Shown in pieces: positions 46,728 through 56,162 of a stretch of DNA of 64,000 nucleotides. The notes under the pieces were generated by a model. It saw only the letters and a list, made by a program, of their open reading frames with translations. It had not been told where the DNA came from and searched no databases. The stretch's first letter is position 1, and each line of letters starts with the position of its first letter. The stretch comes from Actinomycetota bacterium (GTDB lineage Bacteria > Actinomycetota > Actinomycetes > JAKEEW01), in contig JBKPTD010000001.1 in assembly GCA_046735375.1 (NCBI GenBank), positions 884 to 64,883 of the forward strand, written 5' to 3'. A program made the position numbers and the translations under genes.

Positions 46728-47507
46728 CTAGATGAACTTCTGCTCGGTCAGGAAGTCGGCGAGCTTGGCGCCGCCATCGCCCTCGTCTTTGATGATCGTG
46801 CCGGCGGAGCGCGGCGGGCGGTCAGCGAAGTCGTCGACCGCGGTGGCCGAAGCGGCGAGGCCGACCGCGCCCGGGTCGATTCCGGCCTCGGCGGCGGTCA
46901 GCGTCTCGAGCGGCTTCTTCTTCGCCGCCATGATTCCTTTGAACGAGGGATAACGCGGCTCGTTGATCTTTTCCACCACGGATAGGACAGCCGGGATGGC
47001 TGCCTCCACCACCGCGTAACCGTCCTCGGTCTGCCGCTGGATACGGATAGTCGTCCCGTCCACGTCCACCTTGCCGGCATAGGTCAGCTGAGGGAGGCCG
47101 AGCCGCTCGGCAACCATGGCAGGAACGAGCGACGTCCGTGCATCGGTCGCCTCGGAACCGAAGATCACCAAGTCGTACTCGAGAGTGCCAAGCGCCTGGG
47201 CGAGCGCGTAGGACGTCGCGCCGGCGTCGGATCCGGCCAGCGCGTCGTCGAGGAGGTGAACGCCGCGGTCCGCACCCATCTGCAAGGCCTTGAGAATGGT
47301 CTCCCTGGCCCGCTCCGGACCCATCGACAAGACGGTTACGTCGCCGTCGGTCGCCCCGGCCAGCCGCAGCGACTCCTCGATGGCGTACTCGTCCAATTCG
47401 TTCAGCACGCCGTCGACTGCCGCGCGGTCGAGGGTCTTATCGGCCGGATCGAGCCGGCGCTCCTGCGCAGTGTCGGGTACCTGCTTCACACAGACGACGA
47501 TCTTCAT
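46728..47507 (-). CDS. etfB: electron transfer flavoprotein beta subunit
   Basis: MKIVVCVKQVPDT… is the canonical EtfB N-terminus. Confidence 0.9.
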   Translation of the reverse strand: MKIVVCVKQVPDTAQERRLDPADKTLDRAAVDGVLNELDEYAIEESLRLAGATDGDVTVLSMGPERARETILKALQMGADRGVHLLDDALAGSDAGATSYALAQALGTLEYDLVIFGSEATDARTSLVPAMVAERLGLPQLTYAGKVDVDGTTIRIQRQTEDGYAVVEAAIPAVLSVVEKINEPRYPSFKGIMAAKKKPLETLTAAEAGIDPGAVGLAASATAVDDFADRPPRSAGTIIKDEGDGGAKLADFLTEQKFI

Positions 47508-47648
47508 GGCCGGGGACCGACCTCCAACTCCAGGCGTGAACGGTGCAAAGGTCCGCTTAAGAAGCTTGCCAGTGAACCCGCGGACGCAAGCAAGCCGGTG
47601 TGGGTCTGAGCTATGTTACTCACGAGTAGGCATCACTCAGATGTGACC

Positions 47649-49283
47649 TCAACCACGTGGCATCGGAAGGCCGAGACCGATCTCCCACGGTCTTTGGAGC
47701 GGTTGCCAGTGCTGGTAGACGACGACACATCCCACCTCGGTGCGCTGACTCCGTATGCCATGCCTGGCCAAGGCGGCATCAACCTGAGCCACGTGGTCCG
47801 GCTCTTCGTCCATCGGATCTCGGATATGTCCCGCCACGTAAACCGGGTCGGGATCGGCGTCCACGATGTGTCGGGCCTCGGGGAACTTCGTCCGGCCGCC
47901 CCCGATAGGCGCAACGAACAGCCGGCCGCCCGCGTAGAACTGCAGCGGCATGCCAGTCCAGTAGTCCGAGTAGACATGGGTGATTCCATGGCCCCGCAGC
48001 CATGCGGTCGCAGCAGCCAGGCATCCCGGCAGGCCGCGCGGCCCGTCGTCATGGTGGAAGGCCAGGAACGTGGCCGATGTGGCGGCCCAGGCGGCCAGGA
48101 CTGCGACGGCGACGGATCGCTGGGCCACCCCGCTGCCCCGGGACGGCGCATCGAGGCTCCCGAGCGACCGCGGCACCGATGCCGCAATGCCCAGCGCGAG
48201 TGCCGGGTACGCAGCGAAGAGGTAGCGGGGTTCACCCGTCCACCATGTGTACGGCGAGGCCGCGTACAGCAGCGCGACGGTCGGCGGGGTGAGCAGCAAC
48301 ATGTCCGTCGGCGCCGACCTCCCGCTCCGCAGCCGACGGGCGACGGCGACCGCGTAGCCGATGCCGAGCATGGCGAGCAGCGCGTATTGCGGGACGATCG
48401 GCCAGCCAGGATGACCGTAGCGGTAGCCCACGCCGATGAACTCACGCAGAACCGGACTCACCAGTGAGGCGAGCCGCTCCCACGTGGTGCGTTCCGGCTG
48501 CGGACCGCCGAGCAACGGGAACGTGCCGTGGGCGATCGCCCAACCCAACGCAGGCGCATAGCCGATGACGAGCGCCGGGAGCCCTGCCATGGCGGCCTGT
48601 CGCCGCCGCCGCCACAGCGTGGGGAGGGCGTACACCAACGCGGGCAGGATCAGATATCCGGCCGACCAGGACGCCCACAGGGCCAGCCCAATGCTCAGCC
48701 CCAGGACGGCGAACCAGCGGCGCTCGCCGGGGCGACCCGCGTCCCGCAGCCGGAGCGCCGCGTACATAGCGAGGAGGCCGAGGATCTGTCCCGTGCCGTA
48801 CGCACCGTGGCTGCGGACGCCCTTCCAGATGTTGAAGAACGGCCCGGTGGCGAAGAGAGCGGCGGCCAGTGCCGCCTGCCAGCGGGTCGCAAGCATCCGG
48901 GCACCCACGATGTAGATCAGCCAGCACACGACGCAGGCGATGGCGACCTGGGTGAGCCGCAGCGTGAAGGCGTTATCGGGCAGCAGAAACAGCATCGCGG
49001 CCTGCGGGTACTGCTCGATCGCACCGTTGTAGTGCTGCCCGGCGAGGTACGTGTAGAGGTGACCGTCGAGGATGTGCCTGGCCATCACGCCGGTCGTCGC
49101 CTCGTCGCCGTCAAGCGTTGCCTGCGGGGTGGTGAGATACCACAGCCGGACGGCTGCGCAGACGACGATCGCGGCGGCTGCCGCTATCGACGGGGAGACC
49201 AGCACCGAGAACCGCGGCGCACGAGCGCCCTGCCGATGGGCCTGGGGCCCGTGCGCCTGGCGGTGAGCGATCTGGAGGGGCAT
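47649..49283 (-). CDS. polytopic membrane protein, glycosyltransferase-like (GT-C / ArnT-PMT-like)
   Basis: About 544-aa multi-TM protein. Start at ATG 49283 overlaps the upstream stop (TGATG). Functional assignment is by general resemblance only. Confidence 0.5.
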   Translation of the reverse strand: MPLQIAHRQAHGPQAHRQGARAPRFSVLVSPSIAAAAAIVVCAAVRLWYLTTPQATLDGDEATTGVMARHILDGHLYTYLAGQHYNGAIEQYPQAAMLFLLPDNAFTLRLTQVAIACVVCWLIYIVGARMLATRWQAALAAALFATGPFFNIWKGVRSHGAYGTGQILGLLAMYAALRLRDAGRPGERRWFAVLGLSIGLALWASWSAGYLILPALVYALPTLWRRRRQAAMAGLPALVIGYAPALGWAIAHGTFPLLGGPQPERTTWERLASLVSPVLREFIGVGYRYGHPGWPIVPQYALLAMLGIGYAVAVARRLRSGRSAPTDMLLLTPPTVALLYAASPYTWWTGEPRYLFAAYPALALGIAASVPRSLGSLDAPSRGSGVAQRSVAVAVLAAWAATSATFLAFHHDDGPRGLPGCLAAATAWLRGHGITHVYSDYWTGMPLQFYAGGRLFVAPIGGGRTKFPEARHIVDADPDPVYVAGHIRDPMDEEPDHVAQVDAALARHGIRSQRTEVGCVVVYQHWQPLQRPWEIGLGLPMPRG

Positions 49284-49981
49284 CAGGGGGCCTGGCGGCG
49301 CGACCGATGTGCGCGTGAGTGCCATACGTGTTCAGCAGCGGTGTGGATGGGCGCGGCCGGCACCGTGGGCAGCCGGCTCTTCAGTACGTGGGCCGGTGCT
49401 CCCGCGGCCACGCTGTAAGGCGGGAGATCGCGGGTGATCACACTTCCGGCTCCGACGACACAGCCCTCGCCGATGTCGACACCGCGCAGGACCGTTGCCT
49501 TGGTACCGAGCCAAACATCGCGACCGATGCGCACCGGCGCCTTGACGATGCCCTGGTCCTTGATCGGCTGATCGAGCCGCTCATATCGGTGGTCGAAGTC
49601 GCAGATGTAGGCATCGTCCCCGATCAGACTGGCTGGACCGATCTCCACATGAAGGTAGGAGTTCACCGTGACCCGCGCGCCGAGGACAGCCTTGTCGCCG
49701 ATCCGCAGCGTGCCCTCGTGAGCGCGCAGCGCAGTGTGGTCTCCGATGTGTGCGAACTTGCCGATGACCAGCCGGCCGTAGCCGCGACGTGCGTACGCGT
49801 CGACGCCCTTTCCAAGGAAGACCATGCCCTCGGTGATGACGTGCGGCCTCGTGACCCGCAGGCGCGCGTAGCGCAGGTACCGCACGAGGTGGTAGGGCGT
49901 CCACGCGCGGTACAGGATCACCCAGCGCAGCGAGGCCCACGTGAGCACCCGAGCCTGCTTCGGCGGCCGCATCCCGATCAC
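49283..49981 (-). CDS. hexapeptide-repeat (LbH) acyl/acetyltransferase
   Basis: Left-handed beta-helix repeats (IGDKAVLGARVTV…IGRDVWLGTKATVLRGVDIGEGCVVGAGSVIT). Matches the Mtb Rv3034c-type acetyltransferase in the MGLP locus. Confidence 0.75.
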   Translation of the reverse strand: MIGMRPPKQARVLTWASLRWVILYRAWTPYHLVRYLRYARLRVTRPHVITEGMVFLGKGVDAYARRGYGRLVIGKFAHIGDHTALRAHEGTLRIGDKAVLGARVTVNSYLHVEIGPASLIGDDAYICDFDHRYERLDQPIKDQGIVKAPVRIGRDVWLGTKATVLRGVDIGEGCVVGAGSVITRDLPPYSVAAGAPAHVLKSRLPTVPAAPIHTAAEHVWHSRAHRSRRQAP

Positions 49982-50093
49982 GGTTCGTCACCGTACCTGC
50001 CGCTCACCCCGCGGAAACATCAAGGGCACCTTCACCCGAACCTATGGGGTGAGGGTCCCCCTCATGGTTCTGCGGATCGAGGTGTCGCGCCCT

Positions 50094-51050
50094 TCACCCG
50101 GCTTTGTGTCCGGTGACGGAAACGTTGTAGTAGAGCCACGGCGGCACATATCGAGACAGCGCGCGGTCGACGGCGGAGAGCCTGAGCCAGGACTGGTACG
50201 CGAAGTTGGCCCATCCCCACCCGAGCCGCTCGGGATTGACCGCCGCTTCGAATGTACGAACGGGCCAGCCGAACCACGCCGCGGTCAGCTCCTCGGTGAT
50301 CATATGAACGTCGGCTGCGCCGGCTCGGCGCGCAGTGGCGGCAAGTGTGGCCGGATCGAAGGTATGCAGGTCGACGACCGCCTCTAAGGCCGCAACTCGA
50401 GAAGACTCGGCCAGCTCTTGCCGCGGGCGGGCCCACCGGTCCCGCAGGGCCGGCACGTGCGTCACCCGTGTCGCGAACCACCAGGTGGCCCGGGACAGCC
50501 GCCGGGCGATCCGGTCGCCCCACTGCGTCGGCTCACCGGCGATGACGAAGCGACCGCCCGGCTTGAGCACCCGAAGCATCTCCTTGAAGGCCAGTTCCAC
50601 GTCGGGAATGTGGTGGAGTACCGCATGCCCGACAACGAGATCGAAGAGCTCGTCGCCGTACGGAAGCGATTCGGCGTCCGCGACCCGGCCTTCCACCTCG
50701 AAGCCGAGAGACGAGGCGTTGCGCTGTGCCGCGGCCACCATGCCCGGGCTGATGTCGGTGACATAGCCGCGGTCGAGCACACCGGCCTGTTTGAGGTTCA
50801 GCAGGAAGAAGCCAGTCCCGCAGCCGAGCTCCAGCGCTTTGCGGTACGGCCACCCGTCGGTCCCCGCAACGGCGACGAAACGATCCCTGGCGTAGGCGAT
50901 GCACCGCTCGTCGTACGAGATCGACCACTTCTCGTCGTAGCCGGCCGCTTCCCAGTCGTGATAGAGCACGTTGGCCAGCTTGGGGTCGCGCCATGCGGCC
51001 TCGACCTGCTGCGCGATCGAGTCCGCGCCCCCGGCGCCCGCGTCAGGCAC
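50094..51050 (-). CDS. class I SAM-dependent methyltransferase
   Basis: Motif I (LELGCGTGFFLLNL) and post-I acidic residue. GTG start at 51050 overlaps the upstream stop by 8 nt. Confidence 0.7.
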   Translation of the reverse strand: MPDAGAGGADSIAQQVEAAWRDPKLANVLYHDWEAAGYDEKWSISYDERCIAYARDRFVAVAGTDGWPYRKALELGCGTGFFLLNLKQAGVLDRGYVTDISPGMVAAAQRNASSLGFEVEGRVADAESLPYGDELFDLVVGHAVLHHIPDVELAFKEMLRVLKPGGRFVIAGEPTQWGDRIARRLSRATWWFATRVTHVPALRDRWARPRQELAESSRVAALEAVVDLHTFDPATLAATARRAGAADVHMITEELTAAWFGWPVRTFEAAVNPERLGWGWANFAYQSWLRLSAVDRALSRYVPPWLYYNVSVTGHKAG

Positions 51051-51822
51051 CCTTGAAGACCGCTTTGCCCGGGCCGTGCTCGATGAAGGACTCGAAGCCA
51101 ATGGCCTTGTCCTCGGTCGCGAAAAGTGAGGCGAACTGTTGCCGCTCGATCTCCAGGCCCGTGTCAAGGTCGGCTTCCAGTCCGCGGTCGACCGCCTCCT
51201 TGGCCGCGCGGAGGGCGTAGGCGGGTCCGCTCGTGAACTGCCCAGCCCACTTCTGCGCCGCGGCGTACACCTCACTCGAGGGCACCACCTGGTTGACGAG
51301 CCCTATCGCCAGCGCCTCCGAGGCGTTGACGAAGCGACCCGTGAAGACGATGTCCTTCGCCCTGGCCGGGCCGACCAGCCTGGCCAGGCGCTGAGTTCCG
51401 CCGGCCCCTGGGATGATGCCGAGCAGGATCTCCGGCTGGCCGAGCCTCGCGTCCTCGGCCGCGATCCTGACGTCCGCGCACAGCGCGAGCTCACAGCCGC
51501 CACCTAGGGCGTAACCGTTCAGGGCGGCGACGACCGGCTTGGGGATCTTGGCGATCGACGAGAACGACGACTGGAGCGCACCCGACCGATCGACCATGTC
51601 GGTGTAAGACATCGCCGCCATCTCCTTGATGTCGGCGCCGGCGGCGAACACCTTTTCGCCGCCGTAGACGATCACCGCGCGGACGTCGGCGCGGCCGGCT
51701 GCCTCGTGCGCCGCCGCCCGCAACTCCTCCTGGACCGCTGCGTTCAACGCATTCATCGGCGGCCGGTCGAGCCTGATCGTGCCGATGCCGTCCTCCACGT
51801 CGAGACATACGAACTCGCCCAC
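51043..51822 (-). CDS. enoyl-CoA hydratase/isomerase (crotonase) family
   Basis: Crotonase fold (…AAVNGYALGGGCELALCADVRIA…). GTG start at 51822 with GGAGG, giving 259 aa. Confidence 0.8.
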   Translation of the reverse strand: MGEFVCLDVEDGIGTIRLDRPPMNALNAAVQEELRAAAHEAAGRADVRAVIVYGGEKVFAAGADIKEMAAMSYTDMVDRSGALQSSFSSIAKIPKPVVAALNGYALGGGCELALCADVRIAAEDARLGQPEILLGIIPGAGGTQRLARLVGPARAKDIVFTGRFVNASEALAIGLVNQVVPSSEVYAAAQKWAGQFTSGPAYALRAAKEAVDRGLEADLDTGLEIERQQFASLFATEDKAIGFESFIEHGPGKAVFKGA

Positions 51823-51991
51823 GACTCCCTCGCCTCCGATAAAGGTCAGCCCCGGGCGGAAGACTAGTGTCGCGGGGCAGCCGGACGCGTACACTCGCGC
51901 GTTTTGATCGGTGAGAGGCTGGCCGCGCTGAAGGCAGGCATCGGCAGCCGCGGACGTGCCAGGACTTCGCACCTTCGTGAGGATGGATGTC

Positions 51992-54169
<2,178 letters not shown>

Positions 54170-54205
54170 GAGCAGCGCCTCCCCTCGCGTCCCGACCGCA
54201 TCGGC

Positions 54206-54258
54206 GCGCCCTGGAACATGACTCTGCGCCCCGGAACATGACTCCGCTCCCTGGATGC
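54206..54258. repeat. approx. 21-bp tandem repeat (CCCTGGAACATGACTCTGCGC / CCCGGAACATGACTCCGCTC / CCTGGATGCATCC…)
   Basis: Seen directly. It lies in the convergent glgX / hypothetical-gene intergenic region. Confidence 0.4.
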
Positions 54259-54353
54259 ATCCGGAAGACCGGCATTTCGGACAGGATCTGATGCGGCAGG
54301 GAGCGAAGTCTGGTCCGGGCGTCCCGTTAGCCCCGAATGCGGGAGGAGCCTGG

Positions 54354-54739
54354 TTAGGCGAAGCCGCGGCCGACGGCGGGGACGGGGAGGCCGTGCGGCC
54401 GGTCGGTGGGCGGCACGAACGCAAGGGCGAGCAGGTCATAGCAACCGAGCGGCGCGAAGGTGATGCGCAAATGGCGTAGTGAGGACCCCCTTCCGGCAGC
54501 GCCACTCACCATGTTTCGCCAGGCGGATCCCTCGAGTTCGATCAACCGGTCGCTCGCCGATACCTGATCGCGCCTGCACGCGGCACGCGGCGTGAACCCA
54601 ATTGCCGCCACGCCGAGGAAGAGTACGGACTCCCAGAGGTATTCGCCGGTCGGGCCGGGAAGGTCGTAGCTCAGGGTTACCCGGTCTCGCCGATGGCTGA
54701 GCACTGGACCGTCGCGGCATTCCATCGACGACATGGGCA
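54354..54739 (-). CDS. hypothetical protein (about 128 aa) downstream of the sigL-like operon
   Basis: High-GC3 ORF (MPMSSMECRDGPVLSHRRDRVTLSYDLPGPTGEYLWESVLFLGVAAIGF…). The track N-terminus overlapping the anti-sigma gene was rejected. Confidence 0.4.
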
Positions 54740-54851
54740 TCGTCCACACGACAGTTCGCGTTCGTGCCACAGTCCCCCCCGTCACTGACAGTGCGCTGTG
54801 GAGCACCAAGGGTACGGCATCGTCCACACCACCGTTCGTCTTCGCACCACA
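54735..54851. repeat. two copies of a 37-bp direct repeat (GGCATCGTCCACAC[G/C]AC[A/C]GTTCG[C/T]…CACAG) spaced 80 bp
   Basis: Copy 1 is at 54735-54771 and overlaps the ATG of the hypothetical gene. Copy 2 is at 54815-54851. Confidence 0.5.
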
Positions 54852-54876
54852 GACCGCCGGGAGCCCAGCCGCTGGC

Positions 54877-55560
54877 TCACCCGAGCGTGCCGGGCAGCCC
54901 GACGGGGATGGCCAGGAGCTCATGGCCGGCCATCGTCTCGATGCCGAGCGCTGCAATCTGACCCAGAGGAACGGTGGTCGAGGCAGGGACGTCGACCGTA
55001 CCGTCGTAGCCAGCGGGCCAGCTGCCGGCTTCGTGCTGTGCGCCGGAGCTGTCACGGACGATCAGCCGGCAGGTCATCCCCTCCGGCACACCGCGGAGTC
55101 GAAGCTGGATATCGGTTCCAGTGCCGGTCCCGACGAGGTTCGCAATTCCGGACACTCTCGCCGCGGTTGCGCTGGCGACTACCGGACTGGGCGCCGGTGG
55201 ATCCTGCTGATCAATGGCCGGGATCGCCATGCCCGCGGCCGCGACGGCGAGAGCGGCCGCGACGAAGGCTCGGCGCGACTTGGCCTGGCGCTGCCGGGTC
55301 GCTGATGTCGTCGCCAGCAACCGGTCGAGCACTACCGGCGATGGCTCAGGTGAGCTGCGGGGGGCGATCTCCGCCTCGCTCACCGAACCCAGGAGATTGG
55401 CGACCGGGCGCAGCTCATCGACAGCCGCCCGGCAGATCACACAGAGCTTGAGGTGGACCTCGATTCTCGCTCGCTCCGACGCGGCCACCCGGTCGAGGAC
55501 GTAGGCCCCGACCGACTCGGTGACTTCGCAGTTCGTTGCGCTCGCCCGGACACGGTTCAC
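54877..55560 (-). CDS. anti-sigma factor, zinc-binding ZAS family (RslA-like)
   Basis: HxxxCxxC motif (HLKLCVICR) in the N-terminal domain. A TM segment follows, then a C-terminal extracytoplasmic domain. Overlaps the sigma gene stop by 4 nt. Confidence 0.7.
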   Translation of the reverse strand: MNRVRASATNCEVTESVGAYVLDRVAASERARIEVHLKLCVICRAAVDELRPVANLLGSVSEAEIAPRSSPEPSPVVLDRLLATTSATRQRQAKSRRAFVAAALAVAAAGMAIPAIDQQDPPAPSPVVASATAARVSGIANLVGTGTGTDIQLRLRGVPEGMTCRLIVRDSSGAQHEAGSWPAGYDGTVDVPASTTVPLGQIAALGIETMAGHELLAIPVGLPGTLG

Positions 55561-56078
55561 GGCGTCGTCAGCCCCCGCTCTTCGAGCACGAGCCGCAAGG
55601 CCCGCAGCGCGTAGAAGCTGCGCGACTTCACTGTGCCCGCAGGGATACCGAGGACCGCGGCGGCTTCCACGATCGACCGGCCGCGGTAGAAGAGTTCGAC
55701 GATCACCTGGCGGTGCGCCTCGCTGATCGCTTGGAGGGCGTCGGCTACCTGCCAGGACAGCAGCGCCTGATCAAAGGCGCGGTCATCGGCCACCAGCGCG
55801 TCGGCCGCGTGGATCGGGACTTCGGGTGCCCTCGCGGTCTTGGCCCGATGCCCGGAGATCACGAGGTTGCGCGCGACCGTGTAGAGCCACGGTCGTACAC
55901 GATCTTCACTCAGCGCCTCAGGATGCTGCCACGCGCGCAGGAGAGTTTCCTGTACGACGTCTTCCGCGCGCTGCCGGTCGCCGTCGACCAATCGCTGGAC
56001 AAAACTGAGCAACGGGCCGGCGTACTCCGCGTAGAGCGCGCGGACGAGATCCTCGTCGGCTGCCTGGCGGACACCCAC
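55557..56078 (-). CDS. ECF sigma-70 factor (SigL-like)
   Basis: Region 2 (AEDVVQETLLRAWQHPE) and region 4 (GTVKSRSFYALRALRL) closely resemble mycobacterial SigL. GTG start. Confidence 0.8.
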   Translation of the reverse strand: MGVRQAADEDLVRALYAEYAGPLLSFVQRLVDGDRQRAEDVVQETLLRAWQHPEALSEDRVRPWLYTVARNLVISGHRAKTARAPEVPIHAADALVADDRAFDQALLSWQVADALQAISEAHRQVIVELFYRGRSIVEAAAVLGIPAGTVKSRSFYALRALRLVLEERGLTTP

Positions 56079-56086
56079 ACAAAAAG

Positions 56087-56114
56087 CTACGCATCCCGCC
56101 TACGCCACGGTTCA
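56087..56114 (-). promoter_or_regulatory. putative ECF (SigL-type) autoregulatory promoter TGAACC-N17-CGTAG
   Basis: Minus strand TGAACCGTGGCGTAGGCGGGATGCGTAGC ends about 8 nt before the GTG. This would imply a leaderless or near-leaderless transcript. Confidence 0.3.
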
Positions 56115-56162
56115 GACGTGAACAGGCGGTTGACCGCCTGAAAGGCGGGCCTGGGCGCCTCG

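Noticed and set aside
54206-54851. Possible CRISPR array, given the short direct repeats
   Set aside because: There are only two copies each of a 21-bp and a 37-bp repeat. There are no regular spacers, no cas genes and no leader, so it is not CRISPR.
54733-55451. Two plus-strand ORFs beginning MGIVHTTVR… / …GIVHTTVRLR…
   Set aside because: They are generated by the 37-bp direct repeat and lie antisense to the anti-sigma factor gene, so they are not independent genes.
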